Below, piece after piece: positions 38,017-47,499 of a stretch of 64,000 nt of DNA. This DNA comes from Vulcanimicrobiota bacterium. GTDB lineage: Bacteria; Vulcanimicrobiota; Vulcanimicrobiia; Vulcanimicrobiales; Vulcanimicrobiaceae. Within the stretch, counting starts at the first letter, position 1. Every line of letters starts with the position of its first letter. The notes below the pieces were generated by a model. That model was not told where the DNA came from. It was given only the letters and a program-made list of their open reading frames with translations, and did not search any database. The stretch covers positions 2,048,001-2,112,000 of the forward strand of contig OY968762.1 of assembly GCA_963695225.1 (NCBI GenBank), read 5' to 3'. Made by a program: the position numbers and the translations under genes.

Positions 38017-38835
38017 TCAATTCATCGGGAGCGGCCCCGTTCGTTCGCGCCGTGGAAAGGCGCGATCGAGCGCCGCGATCTCGTCGGCGGCGAGTTCGAT
38101 CTCGCCGGCCCGCGCGTTTTCCTCGACGTGCTCGATGCGGGCGGCTTTCGGAATCACGAACACGAGCGGATCGCGCAGCAAGAACGCGAGCGCGATCGCG
38201 GCGGGCGCGGCGTTGCGCTCGCGTGCGATCCGCTCGAGGAGCGCCCGCGCAGCGTCCGACGGCGTGCGCCCGAGCGGCGTGTAGGCGACGAGCGCGCATC
38301 CGTATTCGCGCGCCCATGGCAGTTCGTGCTCCTCGGGCGTGCGCTCGTCGAGGTTGTAGAGCACTTGGTTGCAGGCGATGCGCGCGCGCGATAATCCTGC
38401 AACGGCTTCGCGCAGATCCCACGGGTCGAGATTGCTGACCCCGAGGCTGCGGATCTTCCCCTCTTCATAGAGGCGCTCGAGGCCCGCCATCGTCTCCTCG
38501 AGCGGCACGTCGCCGCGCCAATGCAGCAGGTAGCAATCCAGGTAGTCGGTCCGCAAGCGCGCGAGGCTCCCCTCGCACGACCTCACGATTCCGCGGGCCG
38601 TAGCATTCGACGGCAACACCTTCGAAACGAGGAACAGGGAATCGCGCCGGAAGGGCGCGATCGCTTCGCCCACGATCTCCTCCGAACGCCCGCCGCCGTA
38701 CATCTCGGCCGTATCGATGTGCGTCATTCCGAGCTCGATCCCGCGCCGGAGCGCCTCGCGATCGGGGACCGGCCACGTGCCTTGGCCGACGGCCGAGACC
38801 GCCGGTCCCGATTCACCGAAACGACGCTGTTGCAT
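38017..38835 (-). CDS. Aldo/keto reductase
   Basis: GQGTW, IDTAEMYG, DCYLLHW, GKIRSLGVSN, NQVLYNL, VIPKA. Confidence 0.92.
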   Translation of the reverse strand: MQQRRFGESGPAVSAVGQGTWPVPDREALRRGIELGMTHIDTAEMYGGGRSEEIVGEAIAPFRRDSLFLVSKVLPSNATARGIVRSCEGSLARLRTDYLDCYLLHWRGDVPLEETMAGLERLYEEGKIRSLGVSNLDPWDLREAVAGLSRARIACNQVLYNLDERTPEEHELPWAREYGCALVAYTPLGRTPSDAARALLERIARERNAAPAAIALAFLLRDPLVFVIPKAARIEHVEENARAGEIELAADEIAALDRAFPRRERTGPLPMN

Positions 38836-38957
38836 GCTCGCCCTATCCGACGGGCGGGGCCGGGAGTCATCCGGCGGCGGCGCGCCCGGCATAAGGAGAC
38901 CTTAACGTCGGCTGCGTACAATCACGCAAACCTCCTCGCTCAGGGTGGCTAGATTTC

Positions 38958-39620
38958 GTGCGTGAAGAAACCCCGGCTCTGCGCAGTGCGTATCATGAAA
39001 CGCTGGCGGCCACGCGTGCCGAAGCGCAGCGGCTAGGCTCCCTCGCACGGGAGGTCACGGCGCTCGTGCGCGCCGCGCTGGAAAGCCACGATCTGCTTCA
39101 CGTCGGCCGCGTGTTCGAGGAACAGGATCGCATCGACGTTCTCAGCCGGAGCCTGCGCCAGTCGTGCACGGATCTTCTCTGGCGGCAACAACCGCTGGCG
39201 AGCGAGTTCCGCCTCATCACTGCGATCCTCCAGATCGTCACCGACCTCAACGACATCGGGCGGCATGCCGTCGACATCGCCAAGCACGCGATCCGCATCC
39301 GGAGCGCGGAGCGTCTTCCGGCGCTCTCCGAGATCGTGGCGGTTGCAAAGGTTTCGGAGGAGATGTTGGCGTCCGTTTTGCGCGCGTTCGAGACGGGGGA
39401 TGCCGAAGCGGCGGCCGCGGTGATCGCGCGAGAAGACGAACTCGACCGGTCATATTACGCCGCGGTCGATGCGTTGCGCACGGAATTACTGCAGCCTGCG
39501 AACGTCGATGCCGGGACGAACATGCTGTTCATCGTCGCGGCGGTCTACCGCATCGGCGGGCATTCGTGCAGCATCGCGTGGGACGTGGAAGAAATGGCGG
39601 GGCCGGCGGTATCGCGTTGA
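38958..39620 (+). CDS. PhoU-like protein (divergent)
   Basis: Two helical repeats, RQQPLASEFRLI, ...IGRHAVDIA, EDELD; acidic motifs partly degenerate. Confidence 0.75.
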   Translation: MREETPALRSAYHETLAATRAEAQRLGSLAREVTALVRAALESHDLLHVGRVFEEQDRIDVLSRSLRQSCTDLLWRQQPLASEFRLITAILQIVTDLNDIGRHAVDIAKHAIRIRSAERLPALSEIVAVAKVSEEMLASVLRAFETGDAEAAAAVIAREDELDRSYYAAVDALRTELLQPANVDAGTNMLFIVAAVYRIGGHSCSIAWDVEEMAGPAVSR

Positions 39621-39688
39621 GCGCCGCCGAAGTCTCGCACGGGCGCCGTTGCATGCGCCGCCGTCTCGTCTGAATAGAGGGCTTTCAT

Positions 39689-40033
39689 GTGCTGAAACGA
39701 CTTCTTGCCTTTGCTGCGTTCGTTGCGCTCTCTGCCGCCGTCCCCGTTTCGGCGGAGCTGCCGCCTCCCGGCGTGTATGGAGGCGGCACGATCACGCTCT
39801 ACATGCGTAACGATTTCCAAGGACCGAGCCGGACGTTCTCGCACGACCACCGAACGCTCGAATCGACCGGCTTCAACGACATGGCTTGGTCCGCGATCGT
39901 CCGCTCGAGCCGCTGGCAGCTCTGCACGAATCGAGACTTCTCGGGGCACTGCGTCATCCTCGGGCCGGGGCGTTATCCGACGCTCCAGCGGCGCGGCCTC
40001 GGCGGCAACATCTCTTCGCTCCGGCGCATCTAG
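39689..40033 (+). CDS. Secreted beta/gamma-crystallin domain protein
   Basis: Signal peptide, ITLY...DFQG, FNDMAWS, WQLC...FSG.C..L.PG.Y, NISSLRRI. Confidence 0.85.
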   Translation: MLKRLLAFAAFVALSAAVPVSAELPPPGVYGGGTITLYMRNDFQGPSRTFSHDHRTLESTGFNDMAWSAIVRSSRWQLCTNRDFSGHCVILGPGRYPTLQRRGLGGNISSLRRI

Positions 40034-41022
40034 GCGGATCCCGCGCGGGGGCCGGCGCCGGCTCCCGCGCTGCGACCCGCGAGCGCCAGGTACGCGGCGA
40101 GCAGGACCGCGGTCAACGCGCCGACGCCGAGCCGAAACGGAACCGTCGTGCGAAGCGGCGAGACGAATCCCTCGATGATCCCGGCGACGACGAGCATCGC
40201 GGCAACGCCGCAAATCAGCGTGCCGGCGCGGCGCGCGTTGAGTTTGAGCGCGTCGATGCGGCGCAAGCGCCCCGGGGCGACGATCGCCCCGGCGAGCAGG
40301 AGGCCGGCGCTCCCCGCGATTTGGATCGCGGAGAGTTCGATGACGCCGTGCGGAGCGATCGTCGCCCAAAAATCGAGGCCGAAGCCCTTCCCGGCGAACA
40401 GGGCGCCGAGGCCGCCGAGCATCAGGCCGTTGTTCAGGATCTCCCACAGCGTGAAGATTCCGGCCGTCATGCCCCCGGCGAAGGCCATCGCAGCGACCTT
40501 GATGTTGTTCGTGATGATGTAGGAGGACATCGCGGGCGCGACGCTGCCGTCGAATGCGAAGTTCGAATCGTGCAGGCTCTTGCGGACTGCCGGAATCTCG
40601 CCGGCCGGAAGCAGCGCGTAGACGTTGAGCGGGCGCTGCGCGACGAGCCCGTACGAAAGGATCGTCGCGACCAGGAAGAGGGCCGTGCACGCGGCGATCG
40701 TCCGCCACGAGGCGCGCACCTCGCGCGGAAACGTCGCCGTAAAGAACGTCGCCAAGCGATCCCATCCCCCGCGTTCGTTTCCCGCGTAGACGTAGGCGTG
40801 CGCGCGCGCGGTCAGGCGATTGAGATATCCGGCGAGATCCGGCGCGTACCCGCGGCTCTGCGCCGTCGCGAGGTCGGAAGTCGCCGCCCGATACAGCCGG
40901 CCGAGCTCGGCGAGTTGCTCGGCGTCGAACGCGCGCAGCCCGCGGCGGTCCGCCTGCGCGAGCAGCTCTTCGAGGCGTTCCCAGCCCGCTTGCCGCCGCA
41001 CCACGAAGCTCCGTTCGCGCAT
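40030..41022 (-). CDS. SpoIIM/DUF95 family membrane protein
   Basis: W.RLE.LL, LYR....DLA, NNIKVA, NG.MLG, PHGVIEL.AI, IEGFVSP. Confidence 0.88.
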   Translation of the reverse strand: MRERSFVVRRQAGWERLEELLAQADRRGLRAFDAEQLAELGRLYRAATSDLATAQSRGYAPDLAGYLNRLTARAHAYVYAGNERGGWDRLATFFTATFPREVRASWRTIAACTALFLVATILSYGLVAQRPLNVYALLPAGEIPAVRKSLHDSNFAFDGSVAPAMSSYIITNNIKVAAMAFAGGMTAGIFTLWEILNNGLMLGGLGALFAGKGFGLDFWATIAPHGVIELSAIQIAGSAGLLLAGAIVAPGRLRRIDALKLNARRAGTLICGVAAMLVVAGIIEGFVSPLRTTVPFRLGVGALTAVLLAAYLALAGRSAGAGAGPRAGSA

Positions 41023-41083
41023 CTCCGTGAAGTGCGCCCTTACGGGCCGGGTTTCATGCCTGCCTTCGGAGAAGCCGCGTAGC

Positions 41084-41830
41084 GTGGAACGCACGATCGA
41101 AGTCGCCACGGGCGAGAGCATCGCGTTCCGTTACGAGCTGGCGGGGCTGGGGAGCCGGTTCTTCGCGGTCTTCATCGACCTTGCGATCCAACTGACGGCG
41201 GCGCTCTCTGCGTTTTTGCTGGTCTCGTGGATCGGCGGAAACCTCCCCGGCAACGCGGCGTTCGCACCGAGCAAGGCGATGGGCTCCGTCTTGATCGCGC
41301 TCTTCATCTTCACGGCGTTCATGATCTTCGTCGGCTACTTCATCGCGTTCGAGTGGCTGTGGGAGGGACGCACGCCCGGCAAGCGCCTCCTTGGGATCCG
41401 GGTCGTGAGGGACGGCGGCTTCCCGCTCGACTTCACGAGCAGCGTCATTCGAAATCTCGTTCGGATCCTGGAGTTCTCATTGGGCTTCTACACGCTCTCG
41501 GCGATCAGCACGCTGCTTTCCCCGCAGAACCGGCGGCTCGGCGATATGGCGGCCGGGACGATCGTCGTGCGCGATCGGAGATTCGAGCGGGAAAGCGTGC
41601 TCGAGCCGTACGCCGAAGAGCGCACGAGCGATCCGCTCGTGCGCGAGCTCTCGGCGGCCGAACGGGATCTGATCCGGCGCTACGTCGCGCGGCGTGCGAA
41701 TCTCGGGGCGGACGCGCGCGCGCAACTCGCGGCGCAGATCGCCGGCCCGATCAGGCCGAAGCTCGCGGCGAACTACGATCATCTCGGCGACGACGAATTG
41801 CTCGTCGCGCTCGTGGAGCGCGCCCTCTAG
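41084..41830 (+). CDS. RDD family protein
   Basis: LAGLGSRFFAVFID, GRTPGKRLLGIRVV, RRLGDMAAGTIVV. Confidence 0.9.
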   Translation: MERTIEVATGESIAFRYELAGLGSRFFAVFIDLAIQLTAALSAFLLVSWIGGNLPGNAAFAPSKAMGSVLIALFIFTAFMIFVGYFIAFEWLWEGRTPGKRLLGIRVVRDGGFPLDFTSSVIRNLVRILEFSLGFYTLSAISTLLSPQNRRLGDMAAGTIVVRDRRFERESVLEPYAEERTSDPLVRELSAAERDLIRRYVARRANLGADARAQLAAQIAGPIRPKLAANYDHLGDDELLVALVERAL

Positions 41831-41842
41831 CGGCGGCTGCGG

Positions 41843-42847
41843 CTACTTCTCGCGGCGCACGAAACGGGCCGTGAACTCGTTCGCCAAGAAGACCGCGGCG
41901 CGCTTGGTCTCTTCGTAGATCGTCGTCGCCTGCGCCTTGGACATGTGCCGTCCGTGCTCGTAGAAGAACGTGATCCCTTCGCCGACGACGATCGTCCCCG
42001 CGAACGCGATGCCGCCTTTGACGGCGATCCCGGCGATCGGGATGAAGCCCGAGAGTTCGCGCGCGAGCGCACGCCAGCCGAGCCCCCCGCCGACGATCGG
42101 CAGCATCTCCCAGACGCTCGCCATGTTCGGATCCTTGCCGTACGCGGTTCCGATGTTCATGAGGAGCGAGACCTGGATCGCGGTGATCGCCACCATGTCG
42201 CCGGCCGACGCCACGGCGCCGAGGACGAGCCCGAGGACCGGAACGTGATCGACGACCGCGCTCGCCGCCGCGACCTTCAGGGCGTTCGAGGCCGCGTCGC
42301 GCGTGAGTTTCACGGCGACCGTCTCGCGCAACGCCGGGAGGCGGCGGCCGACGGCGACCTCGATCCCCTTGCAGCAGTCGATGAGGTGGGGGAACAGGCG
42401 GCCGCGCAGGTCCTCGCGGGCGAGTCCGGGGACGACGTACGAAGCCTCTTTCCCGGGACCCGGGGCTAGCAGGGGCATCTCCGGTTCGGCGGCCGGGTCG
42501 ACCGTCACGACGAAAATCGGCAGCCCGAGCGCGGTCAGCAGGTCGAGTCGCGCGCCCGCGGCGTCGCCCGGCCGCCCGAGGAAGATCACGCAGCGGGCAT
42601 CGCTCGTGACGACGGTCTGCCGCCGGCTCGGATCGATCGTCTCGATCGTCGCGGCGGCGTCGAGCGGAACGAAGGCGTCGTCGTGCCCGGAGAGCAGCGT
42701 CGCGCGCAATTCCGAGACGAGGGCCGGATCGCCGCAGAGGAAGAACCGGAACGGCCGGCGCGTCTCGGTCGCCGCCGCCTGGGCAGCGACGAGCCGCCTG
42801 ACTTGCGTCAGCACGTCGGGTGCCGCCGTTGCTCCGACCGTTGCCAT
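41843..42847 (-). CDS. DUF697/YcjF-like membrane protein with degenerate GTPase-like N-terminus
   Basis: C-terminal VPVLG...D...IT..Q..L...I...YG and FIPIAGIAVKGGIAFAGT typical of DUF697-like proteins. Confidence 0.6.
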   Translation of the reverse strand: MATVGATAAPDVLTQVRRLVAAQAAATETRRPFRFFLCGDPALVSELRATLLSGHDDAFVPLDAAATIETIDPSRRQTVVTSDARCVIFLGRPGDAAGARLDLLTALGLPIFVVTVDPAAEPEMPLLAPGPGKEASYVVPGLAREDLRGRLFPHLIDCCKGIEVAVGRRLPALRETVAVKLTRDAASNALKVAAASAVVDHVPVLGLVLGAVASAGDMVAITAIQVSLLMNIGTAYGKDPNMASVWEMLPIVGGGLGWRALARELSGFIPIAGIAVKGGIAFAGTIVVGEGITFFYEHGRHMSKAQATTIYEETKRAAVFLANEFTARFVRREK

Positions 42848-44862
42848 CAGGAGTGACCGTGCGCTTCCTTCTCGGGATCGTCGACGTAATCGAGGTAGAC
42901 GAGTCCGAGGAAGATTTCGAGCGCTTTTGCGTGCATTCCCCGCGCGTTCGCGACGTCGACGATTCGCCGGTTCGTGCTCTTCGCTTCCGCGACGACCGCC
43001 TCCGGCGTCGTGTTCGTGTCGGCCGCGACGATCGCCGCCGCGGCGACCTCGCCCGGGGTGAGGTCGCCGTGGAGCATCGTGTCGAGGTCGAGCCCCGGAT
43101 TCTTGACGCGGACGAGCAGGGCGCGTTGTAACGTGGCATAACGGTCTTGCGGATAGCCGACGCCCGTCATCGTGATCCGCGTCTGGAGCTGGCGCGAGCG
43201 CGCGAGGTTGTAGACCTGCGACGCTTGCGATCCGGCGACGCCGGCTTTCGAGAGCGAATCGCTCGTCTTCGCGATCTCGGGCGCCAGCGCGTCGTAGTCC
43301 ATCGGGGAAATGTCTCCGCCGAAATCAATGCGCGCCGTCGCGAGCTTCTTGAGCAACGCGTCGAGATCGCCGAGCCCGACGTCGAGCAGCGCGAGCGACG
43401 AACGCGCCGTATCGAGCGCGCGGATCATGTCGCCGTCCGTCAGCTCCATATCCGAGAGCATGCGCGGGTAGCTCGGCAGCATCGCGAGCGACTGCGGCGG
43501 AACCGGCTCGAGCTTGAGGGGCTCGCCGAGCTCTTTGAGGATGTCGGCGTTTTCCTTGACGAGGCCGCCTTCTTTGTTCTTATCGAGCGAACCGATGCCG
43601 GTGATCGCCTCGCCCGACTTTCCGTACGCCGTGTCGATGGAGCGGCTCATCGCGATGAGGTTCTTGACCACGGCTTCGAGCCGGCTGCCCTTGCGGACTT
43701 GGACGCGGCTGAAATCGGGGATCTCGTAGCTGATGCTCTGCATACGGCCCTCGAGCGCCTTGAGCAGATCCTTCCCCGCGTCGCGTCGCGTCGCGATCGC
43801 CGCGACGGCCTGCGCCTCGCGATTGTTCGCATCTTCGAGTTCCCGGCGCAACGGCGCGAGATTCGGACGCAGCAGAGTGAAGCGCGTTTCGCTCTCGCGC
43901 AGGCTGCGAATGTTCTCGAGCGCGGCAGTTCGCGTTTCGGGCGAGCCTTTCGCCGCGGCCTCCGCGAGCGTTTGCTGGCTCTTGGAAGTCTGCCCGAGCG
44001 CTATCTGCGTTTGGCCGAGATGGAGGAGCGCGATCGCGTTCCCGGGATCGGCTTTGAGGACCGCGTTGAACTTCGTCGCCGCGATGTTGTAGCGTGCGGT
44101 CTCCTGATCGTGCACGGCTTGCACGAGCAGCTGTTCGGTCGTGCGCTTCTTCGGGTCGAGTTGTTCGTAGCCGACGAGATGAGCGATACGGTCGTCGATG
44201 CCCGGATGATCGGCCAGATACTTGTCGACGATGCTCGCGTGCCCTTCGTTCAGCGCCCCGAGATGGCGCATGACGGAAACCATCGCGTCTGGATCGTAAC
44301 CCGCGCGCGACATCAAGAGCAGGCCGTACTGGTCGGCCTGCAGCTCTTGCACGCGCGAGATCTTCGCCATGGCGCCCGCCTGCGCGAGTTCGCCGAAACG
44401 ATAGAGGAACGGCGAGAAGAGCGAGGCGATGCCGAAGAGTATGTTGATCGCCTGCGCCTTGGCCGGGTACGTTACGCCGTGCCGGCGTTCGTTGTGTCCG
44501 GTTTCGTGCCCGAGGATGCCGGCCAGTTCGTCGTCGGATTGCACGAAGTCGAGCAAACCTTCGTTGACGTAGAGATAACCGCCGAGCGTATTGAACGCGT
44601 TGATGTCCTCGACGTCGAGGATCTTGGCGTTGTACGGGACGTCTTTGCGCGCGACTTGCGCCCAGAGCTTCTGCGTGACGTCGCCGACCCAGGCGTTGAG
44701 CAACGGATCGGTTACGACCGTCGAGCCCTCGACGATCTGCTTGTCCTGGTCCTTGCCGGCCTGGATCTCCGTCTGCGTCGACACCGCTCCGGCCGGGGCC
44801 GGGGGAACGCTGCCCAGGAGCAGCGAGCAGGCGAGCATGAACGGGAGCAGGCGTCGGAGCAT
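42847..44862 (-). CDS. M48 family metallopeptidase (BepA-like) with TPR and long helical C-terminus
   Basis: Signal peptide, INAF..GG, ELAGILGHETGH, QELQADQYG, DHP...RI. Confidence 0.88.
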   Translation of the reverse strand: MLRRLLPFMLACSLLLGSVPPAPAGAVSTQTEIQAGKDQDKQIVEGSTVVTDPLLNAWVGDVTQKLWAQVARKDVPYNAKILDVEDINAFNTLGGYLYVNEGLLDFVQSDDELAGILGHETGHNERRHGVTYPAKAQAINILFGIASLFSPFLYRFGELAQAGAMAKISRVQELQADQYGLLLMSRAGYDPDAMVSVMRHLGALNEGHASIVDKYLADHPGIDDRIAHLVGYEQLDPKKRTTEQLLVQAVHDQETARYNIAATKFNAVLKADPGNAIALLHLGQTQIALGQTSKSQQTLAEAAAKGSPETRTAALENIRSLRESETRFTLLRPNLAPLRRELEDANNREAQAVAAIATRRDAGKDLLKALEGRMQSISYEIPDFSRVQVRKGSRLEAVVKNLIAMSRSIDTAYGKSGEAITGIGSLDKNKEGGLVKENADILKELGEPLKLEPVPPQSLAMLPSYPRMLSDMELTDGDMIRALDTARSSLALLDVGLGDLDALLKKLATARIDFGGDISPMDYDALAPEIAKTSDSLSKAGVAGSQASQVYNLARSRQLQTRITMTGVGYPQDRYATLQRALLVRVKNPGLDLDTMLHGDLTPGEVAAAAIVAADTNTTPEAVVAEAKSTNRRIVDVANARGMHAKALEIFLGLVYLDYVDDPEKEAHGHS

Positions 44863-45027
44863 AGGGCGTCCTCGTGTTGCGGAGTCGGTCACATTCGATG
44901 AACGCAGATGGCCCTCCGTTCGCTGCGCGCTTCGCCGCCCGCCGGCGCAAGGCGATTCAAGCGAGCGAAAAGTCGCCTGTGGATAGGAGAGGTCGTCGAC
45001 CCCATCCTGTGGGAACCATCATCCCCA

Positions 45028-45852
45028 ATGGTGGTACGCGGAACAGCCGCGGGGCTCGAATTCGTCTTTGGCGAGGGCTCGTTCGATGAAACATCGGCCG
45101 AGGTATGCAGGCGTCTCGCCGAGCGGCCCGAGTTCTATCGCGGCAGCAAGGCCGCGGCGATCTTCGCAGGATCGCCGCCCGACGACGAAGCATTCGCGCG
45201 GTTCGTCGCGCACGTTGCCGGCAGCGGCATAACGCTGCGCGGGCTCTTCGGCTCCGAAGAAATCGCCGCGTTCGCCGCACGCAACGCGCTCGAGTATCTC
45301 GGCACTCCGCGCTCGAGCGCCGTCGCCGTGCTCGAGCGTAAGCGCGCCGCGCCGCCGGATGACGCGCTCCCGCTCTCCGAACGCGCGCGTTCGCTCGACG
45401 CGGATTTCGCCGGCGCCCGCACCGATCTCGCGCGCCGCCGCAAGCCGCGCGCCAAGCGCGGCGGGGCGCCGGTTCCCGCGAGCGGCGCTGCACCGCTCGC
45501 CGCCGTGCCCGAACGTCCCGCGACGCTCTACCACCGCGGAACGTTGCGCGGCGGCCAAGCGCTCGCGCAAATCGGAAACATCGTCGTCGTCGGCGACGTG
45601 AATCCCGGCGCGGAACTCGTCGCCAGCGGCGACATCGTCGTCTTCGGCTCGCTGCGCGGAACCGCGCACGCGGGTGCGCAAGGCGACCCGAAGGCTCGCG
45701 TGATCGCGCTCGAGCTCGCGCCGACGCAATTGCGCATCGCGACTTGCATCGCGGCGGGCGGCGATCCGGCCCGCCGCACGCTCGAACCACAAGAAGCATT
45801 CATCGACGGCGATCGGATCGCGATCGCGCCGCTGGGGAGGGGACCGCGATGA
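45028..45852 (+). CDS. minC: Septum site-determining protein MinC
   Basis: TLRGGQ, VGDVNPGAE..A.GDI.VFG.LRG.AHAG, PTQLRIA. Confidence 0.92.
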   Translation: MVVRGTAAGLEFVFGEGSFDETSAEVCRRLAERPEFYRGSKAAAIFAGSPPDDEAFARFVAHVAGSGITLRGLFGSEEIAAFAARNALEYLGTPRSSAVAVLERKRAAPPDDALPLSERARSLDADFAGARTDLARRRKPRAKRGGAPVPASGAAPLAAVPERPATLYHRGTLRGGQALAQIGNIVVVGDVNPGAELVASGDIVVFGSLRGTAHAGAQGDPKARVIALELAPTQLRIATCIAAGGDPARRTLEPQEAFIDGDRIAIAPLGRGPR

Positions 45853-46646
45853 GCGCACGCCGGATCGTCGTGACATCGGGCAAGGGCGGCGTCGGGAAGA
45901 CGACGACGACCGCGAACGTCGGAGCCGCGCTCGCGCGACGCGGCCAGCGGGTCGTCCTCGTCGACGCCGATATCGGCTTGCGAAACCTCGATCTCGTTCT
46001 CGGCGTCGAGAAGCGGATCGTCTTCGATCTCGTCGAGGTCGTCGAAGGGCGCTGCCAGTTGCGCCAGGCGCTGATCCGCGACAAGCGCATCGAAACGCTA
46101 TCGATCCTCCCCGCCGCGCAAACGCGCGACAAGGATGCGGTCAACGAAGAGCAGATGGCGCGCGTGATGGAGGATCTCGCTGCGTTCTCCGATTACGTGC
46201 TGATCGATTGTCCGGCCGGGATCGAGCAGGGCTTCCGCAACGCGCTCGCGGGCGCTCAGGAGGCGATCGTCGTCACGACGCCCGAAGTCAGCGCGATCCG
46301 CGATGCGGACCGCGTCGTCGGAAAGCTCGGAGAGCGTGGGATGCCGATGCGCTTGATCGTCAATCGCGTCCGCCCGGAGATGGTGAAATCCGGCGACATG
46401 ATGTCCGTCGACGACGTCTGCGAGATCCTCTCCGCCGAGTTGCTCGGCATCGTCCCGGACGCCGAGGAGATCATCGATACGACGAACCGGGGCGAACCGA
46501 TCGTGCTCGACACCACGACGCGCCTTTCGTCGATCTACAACAAGATCGCCCGGCGCCTTTCGGGCGAGCTCGTCCCGTTCACGCGGCTGGAGCCGGAGCC
46601 TGCGGGATTCTTCGACAAGCTGTTCACGATTTGGAAAGTGGGGTAA
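45849..46646 (+). CDS. minD: Septum site-determining ATPase MinD (copy 1)
   Basis: TSGKGGVGKTT, DIGLRNLD, DCPAGIEQGF, AIRDADR, amphipathic GFFDKLF tail. Confidence 0.95.
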   Translation: MSARRIVVTSGKGGVGKTTTTANVGAALARRGQRVVLVDADIGLRNLDLVLGVEKRIVFDLVEVVEGRCQLRQALIRDKRIETLSILPAAQTRDKDAVNEEQMARVMEDLAAFSDYVLIDCPAGIEQGFRNALAGAQEAIVVTTPEVSAIRDADRVVGKLGERGMPMRLIVNRVRPEMVKSGDMMSVDDVCEILSAELLGIVPDAEEIIDTTNRGEPIVLDTTTRLSSIYNKIARRLSGELVPFTRLEPEPAGFFDKLFTIWKVG

Positions 46647-46653
46647 GACGCAC

Positions 46654-47499
46654 GTGCATGAGATGAAGGCGGAACGAGTGGGTGAGGCATCGATCCCCGT
46701 CAAGCGCGGACGCGCGATCGTCGTGACGTCCGGCAAGGGCGGCGTCGGCAAGACGACGGCGACCGCGAACATCGGCGCGGCGCTGGCGAAACGCGGCGCG
46801 CGCGTCTGCCTCGTCGACGCGGACGTCGGCTTGCGCAATCTGGACGTCGTGATGGGGCTTGAGAGTCGCGTGAAGTTTCACGTGCTCGACGTCCTCGAAG
46901 AGAAGTGCGAGCTCGACGAGGCGCTCGTGCGCGACAAGCGTTCGGAGAATCTCTACCTGCTCGCCGCGGCGCAGACGCGCGAGAAGGAAGACGTCGTCAC
47001 CTCGCAGATGAAGGCGCTGGTCGAGCGCCTCACCGAGCAGTTCGATTACGTGTTGATCGATTGCCCCGCCGGAATCGAGTCCGGGTTCCGGAATGCGGTC
47101 GTCGGGGCAGATCACGCGATCGTGATCTGCACGCCCGAGGTCTCGGCCGTTCGCGACGCGGATCGCGTCGTCGGGCTGCTGCCGCCGGACTGGCGCCCGG
47201 AACTGATCATCAACCGCGTGCGCCCGCAAATGGTCAAGCGCGGGAGGATGCTCTCCGTCGAGGACGTCGATTCGATCCTGCGCCTTCCGTTGCTCGGCGT
47301 GATTGCGGACGAGCCCGCGCTCATCGTCGCGACGAACAAGGGCGAGCCGCTCGCGCTCGATCCTTACTCGGCGACGGGGGGCGCCTTCCGCCAGATCGCT
47401 GCGAAACTCGCCGGCGAGCAGGTCAAGGCACCGACGGTCCGTGAGGAACCGGCCGGATTCTTCGGCAAGCTCGGAGCGTTGTTCGGAGGTCGTGCATGA
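46654..47499 (+). CDS. minD: Septum site-determining ATPase MinD (copy 2)
   Basis: TSGKGGVGKTT, DVGLRNLD, DCPAGIESGF, AVRDADR, GFFGKLGALFG tail; start may be ATG 46663. Confidence 0.92.
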   Translation: MHEMKAERVGEASIPVKRGRAIVVTSGKGGVGKTTATANIGAALAKRGARVCLVDADVGLRNLDVVMGLESRVKFHVLDVLEEKCELDEALVRDKRSENLYLLAAAQTREKEDVVTSQMKALVERLTEQFDYVLIDCPAGIESGFRNAVVGADHAIVICTPEVSAVRDADRVVGLLPPDWRPELIINRVRPQMVKRGRMLSVEDVDSILRLPLLGVIADEPALIVATNKGEPLALDPYSATGGAFRQIAAKLAGEQVKAPTVREEPAGFFGKLGALFGGRA

